From an uncultured Solirubrobacterales bacterium (GTDB lineage Bacteria > Actinomycetota > Thermoleophilia > Solirubrobacterales > Thermoleophilaceae): a DNA stretch of 36,131 nt. Under the pieces are notes generated by a model that did not search any database, had not been told where the DNA came from, and saw only the letters and a program-made list of their open reading frames with translations. Below are positions 9,090 through 17,326 of this stretch, piece after piece (the first letter of the stretch is position 1; each line of letters starts with the position of its first letter). The stretch lies in NCBI GenBank assembly GCA_965653255.1, contig CBFGZN010000001.1, positions 1 through 36,131 on the forward strand, read 5' to 3'. The position numbers and the translations under genes are program-made.

Positions 9090-9965
9090 GTGAGAGGAAC
9101 CTTGAACGACGTCGTCTGGACCCATCGGCCCGCCCTGCGCCGCCCTGTCCTGGTTGCCGCGTTTGGCGGCTGGAACGACGCCGGCGACGCCGCGTCGGCA
9201 GCAGTCGAGTTCATCCGCGCCCGTTTCGAGCCGACCGAGGTGGCGCGAATCGAGCTCGAGGACTACCTCGACTTCACAGAGACACGCCCGACAGCGCGTC
9301 TGGTCGACAGTCATACACGCGAGATCGACTGGCCGGCGACGACGATCGCTGCCGCCGAGGTGCCCGGCGCCGACAACGACCTGGTCGTCGTACAGGGGCC
9401 GGAGCCAGCGCTGCGCTGGCGGCGCTACTGCGACACAGTGATCGCGATCGCCCAAGAGCTCGACGTGCGGCGCGTAGTGACGCTCGGCTCACTGCTCGCC
9501 GACGTCCCTCACTCGCGCCCGGTTCACGTAACAGGCATCGGCTCCGACACGGCGCTGCTCGACCGGCTCGGATTCGCACCAACGAGCTACGAGGGCCCGA
9601 CGGGAATCACAGGGGTGCTCAACTACGAAGCCGGCCAGGCCAGACTGCCGAGCGTCAGCCTCTGGGCGTCGGTTCCCCACTACGTTGCCGCGGCGCCGAA
9701 CCCAAAGGTCGCGCTCGCGCTCGTTCGCGCTTTCGAGGGCGCCGCGGGACTCGCCGTCGATGCAACCGACCTCGAGACGGCCGCGGAGGACTACGAGCGC
9801 CAGGTCAACGCCGCCGTCGCATCGGACCCCGAGGTCAAGGCCTTCGTGGAACGGCTCGAGTCGGCGATGGATGAGGTGTCGGAGGACGACGGCGAGCCGA
9901 ACCTCCCCTCGGCCGACATGATCGCCAGCGACTTCCAGCGATTCCTGCGTCAGCGTCGCGGCTAG
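9090..9965 (+). CDS. PAC2 (proteasome assembly chaperone 2-like) family protein
   Basis: PVLVAAFGGWNDAGDAAS N-terminal signature. About 290 aa with an acidic C-terminus. Confidence 0.65.
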   Translation: MRGTLNDVVWTHRPALRRPVLVAAFGGWNDAGDAASAAVEFIRARFEPTEVARIELEDYLDFTETRPTARLVDSHTREIDWPATTIAAAEVPGADNDLVVVQGPEPALRWRRYCDTVIAIAQELDVRRVVTLGSLLADVPHSRPVHVTGIGSDTALLDRLGFAPTSYEGPTGITGVLNYEAGQARLPSVSLWASVPHYVAAAPNPKVALALVRAFEGAAGLAVDATDLETAAEDYERQVNAAVASDPEVKAFVERLESAMDEVSEDDGEPNLPSADMIASDFQRFLRQRRG

Positions 9966-12900
9966 CGCTCAGCCGCCGGACAGATGATCCGGAAGTCGCA
10001 GAAGGAGCAGATCTCCTGGGTGGGGGTCGGCTGGAAGTCCTGGCGCGAGATGCCGGCGCCGATCTCCTCGATCGTAGTGCGGACGCGGTCGAGCTCCTCG
10101 TCGGAGTGGGCGACGGGAACCTTCTCGGCGGTCATCACGTAGTAGTAGGAGTGGGCCGTGGTCTCAACGCCCCAGGACTCGCGCGCGCCCATCTGGTAGA
10201 TCGAGAGCTGGACGTCGCTCTGCAGCTCGGCAGCGGTCTTCGAACGGCCGGTCTTGTAGTCGATGACCTCGTAGCTGCCGTCGGGGCGGCGGTCGACGCG
10301 ATCGACGCGGCCGCGGATCACGTGGGGGCCGAGCTGGAACGAGAAGCTGCGCTCGAACCAGACCGGCTCGCCGAGCTCGTCGCGGGTGTTCTCCCAGTAG
10401 CGCTCGAGCGCCTCGATGCCGCGCTCGCGGAACTGCAGCTCGTCGTCGGAGTCGCCGAAGCCACCGCGCCGCCAGGACGACTCGAACAGCTCGAACAGCT
10501 GCTCGCGACCGGCGTCGGGCGACTTGTGGAAGCGCTCGAGCACGGTGTGCAGGGCGATCCCGAAGCGCTGGTGGATCGTCGACTCCTGCGGGATCCGGAA
10601 GACGCGGCCGAACTTGTACTTCAGCGGGCACAGCCGGTAGGTCTCGATGTCGGAGGCCGACAGCATCAGCCCGTTCTCCGGCGCTCCGGCGCCCTTGCGC
10701 CTCGGGATGAACGGGTCGAGCGACGGGCCGACATGGTCGTCGCCGGCGACCGGACGGCGGTCGGGGTCGCGGCCGGTGTCGCGCAGCCAGTCGTCGAGCG
10801 CCGAGGACTCGAGCACCTCGCGCTGCTCCGGCGACGCCCCCGCGGCGAGCAGCTGGTTGACCTCGGAGATCGCGTCGTCGAGCGGCTGGCCGGCCTGCGA
10901 GCGCTCGATCAGCGCGGCGACCTTCAACAGCTCGAGGTAGCGGGCGACCGCCTGCGAGACGTCGAGCGTCGTGTCGAGCCGCATCTCGCCGAGCCGCCCG
11001 CCGACCCGCTGGATCGTGTCGAGCAGCTCGTCGCGCATGATCCGAAACGTCGAGTGGAGGCCCTCTGCGGGACCGAAGAGCTCCTCTTCGAAGCGCTCCT
11101 CAGGCGCGCCGGCGGCGGATCGCGCCTCGTCGTAGAAGGGCGAGGGACGGGCCGGAGATCCGTTCGGCGCATCCGACCAGGAGAGGATCAGGCTCTTGCG
11201 CGCGCGTGAGAGAGCGATGTGGAAGCGGCGGCGCATCACCTGCTCGTGGGTCATCGCGACCGACGCCAGCGACACCGGCTCGTCCAGCGCCGGCGCGCGC
11301 CCCGGCATCCGGGCGGCCGACAGGCCGAGCACGAAGACGTGGTCGAACTCGCGGCCCTTGGCGTCGTCGATGTCGATGATCGCGACGGCCGGCGCCCCCT
11401 CGGGACCGGTCGCCTCGGCCTCGGGCAGGCCGGAGTCGGCGACGGCCTTCAGGTAACGCGTGAAGTCGCGCGGCGTGGCGTGCGGCTCACGACGCATGTA
11501 GGCGGTCGCGAGCTCAGGCAGCCGGGCGATGTTGCGCAGCCGCTCGACGGTGTCGGCCTGCGTCGCGAAGACCTGCTGACGACGGATCCCGACGCGCTCG
11601 ATCAACCGCAGCACGAAGGCGTCGGGACGGCGGCTCTCGAAGGCGCGCCCCGCGGCGCGGTAGAGGTCGAGGAACGCCTGCGCGCGATCGCGCCCCTCCG
11701 GCGAGAGCTGCGGTCCCTCGAGCGCCGCCGCCACAGCCGACGGCATGTCGAGCTTGCGCCGGCGCGCGAGCTGCGTCAGCCGCGCGATGTCGACCGAGTG
11801 CAGGCCGATCGGCGGGCGGGTCAGCGCCCGCACCGCGGCGCCCGAGTCGGCCGGGTCGGCGAGCACGCGCAGCCAAGCGAGCACGTCGCGGACCTCGGCA
11901 CGCTGGAAGTAGGCGCCCGGCCCGCGAACGCGAAACGGGATCGCGCGCTGCTCGAGCGCGCCCCCGACCACGGTCCCGTCGTCGGCCGCCGAGCGCACCA
12001 GCACGGCGATCGCCGCCGGGTTGGCCCCGTTCGCGACCAACCGCTCGACGTGCAGCGCGACCGCCTGCGCCTGCGCGCGCTCCGACGCACAGCGCCAGAA
12101 GCTCGGCTGAATCGGCGCCGGGCAGCGCTGGCTCGGCCCGAGCTCGATCGACGTCGCGTCGGCGTACTCGCGCCCGAACTCCTCCAAGTTGCGACCTCCG
12201 ACCGCCCCGAAGCGGCGCTGGGTCTGGGCGTCGTCGCCGGCGACGGTCAGCTGGCCGTGCTCCTCGCAGAGCAGCCGCAGCACCATCCCCTGGGCGAAAG
12301 TCGCCTCCTGGTACTCGTCGACGAGCACGTGCGTGAAGCGGCGCGCCACCCGCTCACGGACATGCGGCCGCTCGTGCAGCAGCCGGAACGCGGTCAGGAC
12401 GAGATCGCCGCTGTCGAGCGCGCCGCGTTCGGCGAGCAGGCGGTCGTGATCGGCGTAGAGCTGCGCGAACTCGGCCTCGCGGGCCGCCAGGACGCGCGCC
12501 GCGTCGTTGAGCTCGTCGCTCGCGGGCGTCTGCCGGAGCAGATCGCCGGGCGTGACCATCTCCTCCTTCAGCCGGTCGATCCGCTCGACGAAGCTCGCCA
12601 GCAGTGGCGCCGGGTTGCCGCGGATCTCGTGCTGGCGCAACGTCAGGTCGCCGAGCCGGTCGAGCAGCAGCGCCACCCGGTCCGCCCGGGTCATCGGCAC
12701 GAACAGCGGGTCGAGGCCCGCCTCGAGCGCTTCGTCGGCGAGCACCCCGCGACACAGCTCGTCGAACGTCTGCACGTGCAGCTCCTCGTACGGCGGCTCG
12801 ATCAGCTCGCCGAGCCGCTCGCACATCTCCTCTCTCGCGCGCGCGGAGTGGACGAGCATCAGGATGCGCTCCGGCGTCGTCGGCCCCTCGGCCAGCCAGG

Positions 12901-13039
12901 CGTAACGGTGCGCCAGCACCGTCGTCTTGCCCGACCCCGCGCCGCCGAGCACCATCAGAGCGCCCCCGTCGTGGCTCGCGGCATCCCGCTGCGCCTCGGT
13001 CAGACTGTCTAGAGGGACACCGGCGCGCATCCCGAGCAA
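9962..13039 (-). CDS. UvrD/PcrA-type superfamily-1 helicase fused to a RecB/Cas4-like Fe-S nuclease
   Basis: Walker A GGAGSGKTT, motif II VDEYQE, motif V KGREFDHV, motif VI ALSRARKSL. The C-terminal nuclease has RVDRVD..VIDYKTG..QLSIYQ plus Cys ligands (YRLCP ... CSFCDFRIICP). Start is TTG 13039 or ATG 13030. Confidence 0.85.
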   Translation of the reverse strand: MLGMRAGVPLDSLTEAQRDAASHDGGALMVLGGAGSGKTTVLAHRYAWLAEGPTTPERILMLVHSARAREEMCERLGELIEPPYEELHVQTFDELCRGVLADEALEAGLDPLFVPMTRADRVALLLDRLGDLTLRQHEIRGNPAPLLASFVERIDRLKEEMVTPGDLLRQTPASDELNDAARVLAAREAEFAQLYADHDRLLAERGALDSGDLVLTAFRLLHERPHVRERVARRFTHVLVDEYQEATFAQGMVLRLLCEEHGQLTVAGDDAQTQRRFGAVGGRNLEEFGREYADATSIELGPSQRCPAPIQPSFWRCASERAQAQAVALHVERLVANGANPAAIAVLVRSAADDGTVVGGALEQRAIPFRVRGPGAYFQRAEVRDVLAWLRVLADPADSGAAVRALTRPPIGLHSVDIARLTQLARRRKLDMPSAVAAALEGPQLSPEGRDRAQAFLDLYRAAGRAFESRRPDAFVLRLIERVGIRRQQVFATQADTVERLRNIARLPELATAYMRREPHATPRDFTRYLKAVADSGLPEAEATGPEGAPAVAIIDIDDAKGREFDHVFVLGLSAARMPGRAPALDEPVSLASVAMTHEQVMRRRFHIALSRARKSLILSWSDAPNGSPARPSPFYDEARSAAGAPEERFEEELFGPAEGLHSTFRIMRDELLDTIQRVGGRLGEMRLDTTLDVSQAVARYLELLKVAALIERSQAGQPLDDAISEVNQLLAAGASPEQREVLESSALDDWLRDTGRDPDRRPVAGDDHVGPSLDPFIPRRKGAGAPENGLMLSASDIETYRLCPLKYKFGRVFRIPQESTIHQRFGIALHTVLERFHKSPDAGREQLFELFESSWRRGGFGDSDDELQFRERGIEALERYWENTRDELGEPVWFERSFSFQLGPHVIRGRVDRVDRRPDGSYEVIDYKTGRSKTAAELQSDVQLSIYQMGARESWGVETTAHSYYYVMTAEKVPVAHSDEELDRVRTTIEEIGAGISRQDFQPTPTQEICSFCDFRIICPAAER

Positions 13040-13119
13040 GGATACGGCTCCGTATCGGGCCGCCCCAGTCGCATTCGCGACTCCCGCTGCTTGCGGCGAA
13101 AGTTCGGCCAGCCGTCCCG

Positions 13120-13151
13120 TTACCGAACTCTAGAGACCTAGAGTTCGGTAA
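13120..13151. promoter_or_regulatory. perfect 14-bp inverted repeat (TTACCGAACTCTAG-agac-CTAGAGTTCGGTAA)
   Basis: Read directly from the sequence. It lies in the divergent spacer between the helicase-nuclease and fic, in an AT-richer patch. Confidence 0.5.
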
Positions 13152-13174
13152 GAATCAAGCCAAAAGGCGGGCAG

Positions 13175-13224
13175 TGGAGCTAAACGCGGTCATAATTAGC
13201 TCCATTATGCGATCATTAGCTCCA
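13175..13224. promoter_or_regulatory. three copies of the 9-mer TTAGCTCCA (one inverted, two direct at 20-bp spacing)
   Basis: Copies at 13175-13183 (reverse complement), 13196-13204 and 13216-13224. The last copy runs into the fic ATG. A CATAAT -10-like hexamer lies at 13191-13196. Confidence 0.5.
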
Positions 13225-14267
13225 TGAGGAGCTTCGTCGATCTCGATACGACCTTCGCGGGCCAGCCCCGCGAGCTGGGTGCACTGCTCGCGCGGATAGA
13301 CACTGGACGGGGGCGAGAAAGACTCTTCCTAGATCAGCAACCGGAGCTGCTGAAGCATCTGTCCCACGATGCGCGAATCGCTTCGATCACCGCCTCGAAC
13401 GCGATCGAGGGCGTGGTGGTAGACCGCGATAGAGCCGAGCGTATCGCTGACGCGGCCCCGCGCTTTCGCAACCGCAACGAGAAGGAATTCGCCGGCTATC
13501 GGGACGCCGTCGACATGATGATGGCGGAGGCGATCGGGGAGACGCTTTCCGTTCCCCTCATCTTGCACCTGCACCGCATGCTCTTTCGCTATTCGAACGG
13601 TCGGGGCGGCTACCTGAAGACCGACCCCAACCTGATCCTCTCCTACGAGAGCGGCCAGCGGGAAATCGTCTTCGAGCCCGCGTCACCAGAGGAGACGGAG
13701 TTCCTGTTGACCGAGCTGATCGATCGCTACAATCGCGCCAAGGGCGCGGGCGAGACCCATCCGCTGGTGCTCATCGGAGCACTGATCCTGGACCTGCTGG
13801 CGATCCATCCGGTAGCCGACGGCAGCGGACGCCTGGCTCGGCTGACGACGACCCACGAGATGCTCTCCTGTGGTTACGGCGTGGCTCGTTACGTGAGCAT
13901 CGAGCAACGCATCTACGAGTCCAAGAACACCTACTACTCCTCGCTGTACGAGTCCCAGCGAGGCTGGCACGAGAGCCGTCATGACATCTGGCCGTGGATC
14001 GGCTACCTAGTCCGCGTCGTCGGCGACGCGTATGACGACTTCGAGCGTCAGATTGCTTCCGTCGACGCTCCGCGCGGAAGCAAGCAGGAGCGGGTGCGTG
14101 AGTTCGTCCTGAGCCGAGGTCCCGACTCCTTTCGCCGCCGCGAGCTCGAACGCGCCCTTCCAGGCATAAGCACCGCCACGATCAGGCTGGTCCTCGCCCA
14201 GATGCGTGCCGAAGGACTGATCGAAGCGGAAGGATCCGGCGCGGGAGCCATCTGGCGACGCGCCTAG
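13224..14267 (+). CDS. Fic/DOC family protein with C-terminal winged-helix domain
   Basis: Fic core HPVADGSGRLAR, a variant of HxFx(D/E)GNGRxxR. N-terminal inhibitory-helix-like SNAIEG matches (S/T)xxxE(G/N). The C-terminal ~70 aa look wHTH-like. GC is lower than in the neighbours. Confidence 0.8.
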   Translation: MRSFVDLDTTFAGQPRELGALLARIDTGRGRERLFLDQQPELLKHLSHDARIASITASNAIEGVVVDRDRAERIADAAPRFRNRNEKEFAGYRDAVDMMMAEAIGETLSVPLILHLHRMLFRYSNGRGGYLKTDPNLILSYESGQREIVFEPASPEETEFLLTELIDRYNRAKGAGETHPLVLIGALILDLLAIHPVADGSGRLARLTTTHEMLSCGYGVARYVSIEQRIYESKNTYYSSLYESQRGWHESRHDIWPWIGYLVRVVGDAYDDFERQIASVDAPRGSKQERVREFVLSRGPDSFRRRELERALPGISTATIRLVLAQMRAEGLIEAEGSGAGAIWRRA

Positions 14268-14872
14268 CGTCGGACGCCGAAGGTGGTCGTGTATGTGGCC
14301 GCGGGGAGCTCGGTCCGCTGCGGGCCGCTCGCGATCACGCCAATGCCGATCTCGCGGAAGCGCGAGTCGAGCATGTTGCGACGGTGGCCCGGGCTGTTCA
14401 TCCAGGCCTTGACGATCTGGCGTGGGGTGCCGAGGTTGCCGGAGCCCCACGCGAGGTTCTCGCCGACGGCCCAGCTGATGCGGCCGCTGAGGTAGTGCGC
14501 GCCGTAGAGGCGGTCGACGACGTCGCGGCCGCGCTGCGACACGTGCCCGAAGTAGCTGCGCCGGACCATGTCGTGGGTGTGCCACTTCGCTGCCTTGCTG
14601 AGACGGTTGTTGATGCGTAGCCGGCGCAGGCCTCGGACGGTGCGGCGGTTGTTGATCAGGCAGACGGCGGCGCGGGCGAGACGGATCGTCGGAGTGGTGC
14701 GCGGAGCCGAGGAGGCCGCGGCGACGGCGACGTGGCAGTTGGGGAGATGGCCGCTGATCTTGGCCCGCGCGGCGTCGGCGCCGGGCGGGGCGAGCGCCAG
14801 CAGCAGCGCGCAGAGCATGATCGCCACGAGCACCGGGCGCAGCAGCGGGAGCAGGCGATTGGCGGGGGCCAT
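14264..14872 (-). CDS. secreted CAP/SCP (YkwD-like) domain protein
   Basis: Signal peptide (LVAIMLCALLLALAPPGADA). Conserved HTHDM..YFGH and WMNSPGHRRNML motifs. Confidence 0.75.
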   Translation of the reverse strand: MAPANRLLPLLRPVLVAIMLCALLLALAPPGADAARAKISGHLPNCHVAVAAASSAPRTTPTIRLARAAVCLINNRRTVRGLRRLRINNRLSKAAKWHTHDMVRRSYFGHVSQRGRDVVDRLYGAHYLSGRISWAVGENLAWGSGNLGTPRQIVKAWMNSPGHRRNMLDSRFREIGIGVIASGPQRTELPAATYTTTFGVRR

Positions 14873-14925
14873 CCCCAGTCCACTCGCCCGCTGGCCACGA
14901 TTCCTTTAGCCCCGGGCGCAAGCGA

Positions 14926-14942
14926 CCGTCCACAATGGACGG
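14926..14942. promoter_or_regulatory. perfect palindrome CCGTCCA-caa-TGGACGG abutting the ligD start
   Basis: 7-bp arms with a 3-bp spacer, ending 1 nt before the GTG at 14943. Confidence 0.35.
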
Positions 14943-16364
14943 GTGACCGATCGTCTGCGCGATTACCGCGACAAACGTGACTTCGCCGCAACGCCCGAGC
15001 CCGCGGGAAGTGACAGCGCGCCAGCCGAGCTGCCGCGCTTCGTCGTTCAGCAGCACCACGCCACCAACCTGCACTGGGACCTGCGGCTCGAGCACGCGGG
15101 CACGCTGGCGTCGTGGGCGGTACCGCGCGGCATTCCCTTTCATCCGAAGGAGGACCGGCTCGCGGTGCGGACCGAGGACCATCCGCTGAAGTACCTCGAG
15201 TTCGAGGGCGAGATCCCGGTCGGCAACTACGGCGCCGGCACGATGACCGTCTGGGACAGCGGGACCTACGAGCTCGAGAAGTGGCGCGACGACGAGGTGA
15301 TCGTCGTCTTCCACGGCGAGCGAGTCGACGGCCGCTACGTCCTCTTCCAGACCAAGGGCAAGAACTGGATGATCCACCGGATGGATCCGCCAGCGCCCGG
15401 CGTCGAGCCGATGCCGGAGCGGATCGAGCCGATGACGGCGAAGCTCGGCCCGCTGCCGGCCGACGACTCCGCCTTCGCCTACGAGGTCAAATGGGACGGC
15501 ATCCGCGCCGTTGCGCGAGTCGACCGCGGCCATCTCGACCTGACCGGCCGCAACGGCACCGACTACAAGCCGCGCTACCCGGAGCTGCGCCCGCTCGGCG
15601 CCGCGCTCGGCTCGACGCGAGCGATCCTCGACGGTGAGATCGTCGCCTTCGACGACCAGGGCAAGCCGAGCTTCGAGCGGCTCCAGTCGCGAATGCACCT
15701 GACCGGTGAGACAGCGATCAAGCGGCGCGCCAAGGAGCTGCCCGTCACCTACGTCGCCTTCGACCTGCTCTGGCTCGACGGCCACCTCACGACCGGCCTC
15801 CCCTACCGCGACCGCCGCCGGCTGCTCGCTGACCTCGAGCTAGAGGGGCCGTGCTGGCGCGCCCCCGCCCACCACGAGGGAGACGGCGCGGCGCTGTTGG
15901 AGGCGACCCGCGAGCAGGGACTCGAGGGCATCGTCGCCAAGCGGCTCGAGTCGCCCTACGAGCCCGGTCGCCGCTCCGGCGCGTGGATCAAGGTCAAGAA
16001 CGTATTGCGTCAGGAGGTCGTGATCGGCGGCTGGTCGCCGGGCGAGGGCAAGCGGTCGGGCAGCCTCGGTGCAATCTGCGCCGGCGTCCACGACGAGGAC
16101 GGCCAGCTGCGCTACGCCGGCAAGGTCGGGACCGGATTCGATGAGGCGATGCTCGACCTGCTCACCAGCAAGCTCGAGCCACTCCGCTGCGACAGCAGTC
16201 CTTTCACCGGCCGCCAGCCGCCGCGCAACACGAACTTCGTCGAACCCGAGCTCGTCGCGGAGGTCGAGTTCCGCGAGTGGACCCGCACCGGCACCCTGCG
16301 CGCCGGCGTCTTCCTCGGACTGCGCGACGACGTCGACGCAGCGGCCGTCATCCGCGAGAGCTGA
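14943..16364 (+). CDS. ligD: LigD, 3'-phosphoesterase domain plus ATP-dependent DNA ligase domain
   Basis: N-terminus YRDKRDFAATPEP..FVVQQHHATNLHWDLRLE (PE domain). Ligase motif I YEVKWDGIR and downstream ligase/OB motifs. 473 aa. Confidence 0.9.
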   Translation: MTDRLRDYRDKRDFAATPEPAGSDSAPAELPRFVVQQHHATNLHWDLRLEHAGTLASWAVPRGIPFHPKEDRLAVRTEDHPLKYLEFEGEIPVGNYGAGTMTVWDSGTYELEKWRDDEVIVVFHGERVDGRYVLFQTKGKNWMIHRMDPPAPGVEPMPERIEPMTAKLGPLPADDSAFAYEVKWDGIRAVARVDRGHLDLTGRNGTDYKPRYPELRPLGAALGSTRAILDGEIVAFDDQGKPSFERLQSRMHLTGETAIKRRAKELPVTYVAFDLLWLDGHLTTGLPYRDRRRLLADLELEGPCWRAPAHHEGDGAALLEATREQGLEGIVAKRLESPYEPGRRSGAWIKVKNVLRQEVVIGGWSPGEGKRSGSLGAICAGVHDEDGQLRYAGKVGTGFDEAMLDLLTSKLEPLRCDSSPFTGRQPPRNTNFVEPELVAEVEFREWTRTGTLRAGVFLGLRDDVDAAAVIRES

Positions 16365-16435
16365 GCCCGCGGACAGAACGCAATTTCCCTGCCACGCATG
16401 GATTCACCCTTGCCGATGGGGGTACGGTTCGAGGC

Positions 16436-17326
16436 ATGCCCAGAGCTATCTGGAGCGGGGCGATCAGCTTCGGCCTCGTGAACATCCCGGTGAAGCTGTA
16501 CTCGGCGGTCTCGAAGAAGACCGTCCGCTTCAACCAGCTCGACGGCAAGGACAACACGCGGATCCAGCAGAAGCGGGTCAACCCGAAGACCGGTGACGAG
16601 GTTCCCTACGAGCGGATCGTCAAGGGCTATGAGATCTCGCCCGACCGCTACGTGGTGATCAAGCCCGAGGAGCTCGAGTCGGTCGAGCCGCGCAAGACGC
16701 ACATGATCGAGATCGAGGACTTCGTCGAGATCGACCAGATCGACCCGATCTTCTACGACCACCCCTACTACCTCGCGCCGGGCAAGGGCGCGACGAAGGC
16801 CTACGCGCTGCTGCTCAAGGCGATGGAGGAGTCGGGCAAGGTCGGCATCGCGCGGGTGGTCATCCGCTCGAAGGAGCAGCTGGTTGCGCTGCGCGCCCAG
16901 GACGGCGTGCTGCACATGGAGACGATGCTGTTCGGCGACGAGGTCGTGCCGCCCAGCTCGCTCGAGGAGATCCCCGACGCCTCGGAGCTCGAGGCGAGCG
17001 CGCGCGAGGTCAAGATGGCCGGCGAGCTGATCGAATCGCTGTCGGCCGAGTTCGACCCGTCGAAGTACCGCGACTCCTACCGCGAGCAGGTGCTCGACCT
17101 GATCGAGCGCAAGGCGGAGGGCGAGGAGATCGCCATCCAGCCCGACGAGGAGGAGCGGCCCGAGGTCCCCGACCTGATGGCCGCGCTCGAGGCGAGCATC
17201 GCCGGTGCAAAGCGCCAGGGCGGGACCGCCGCGAAGAAGAAGCCGGCGGCGCGCAGGAAGCCAGCGGCCAAGGCTGCCGCCAAGAAGCGCGCGCCAGCCA
17301 AGAAGAAGCCCGCGGCCAAGAAGTAG
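16436..17326 (+). CDS. ku: Ku DNA end-binding protein with Lys/Ala/Pro-rich basic tail
   Basis: MPRAIWSGAISFGLVNIPVKLYSA is the canonical bacterial Ku N-terminus. The C-terminus is KKKPAARRKPAAKAAAKKRAPAKKKPAAKK. In-frame ATG at 16436. Confidence 0.9.
   Translation: MPRAIWSGAISFGLVNIPVKLYSAVSKKTVRFNQLDGKDNTRIQQKRVNPKTGDEVPYERIVKGYEISPDRYVVIKPEELESVEPRKTHMIEIEDFVEIDQIDPIFYDHPYYLAPGKGATKAYALLLKAMEESGKVGIARVVIRSKEQLVALRAQDGVLHMETMLFGDEVVPPSSLEEIPDASELEASAREVKMAGELIESLSAEFDPSKYRDSYREQVLDLIERKAEGEEIAIQPDEEERPEVPDLMAALEASIAGAKRQGGTAAKKKPAARRKPAAKAAAKKRAPAKKKPAAKK

Noticed and set aside
8145-9455. 436-aa version of the fatty-acid hydroxylase ORF, with a 130-aa N-terminal extension
   Set aside because: The extension overlaps the divergent PAC2 gene, is not membrane-like, and lacks motifs. 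An internal GTG at 9059, or ATG at 9125, gives a normal-length protein.
13120-13151. Canonical LexA/SOS (Cheo) box
   Set aside because: GAAC and GTTC cores are present but separated by 14 nt instead of 4. It is retained only as a generic dyad operator candidate.
13040-14267. fic islet as a mobile element
   Set aside because: No integrase, transposase, flanking direct repeats or tRNA target are visible. Only the compositional dip supports acquisition, so it is reported as a finding rather than as a mobile_element feature.
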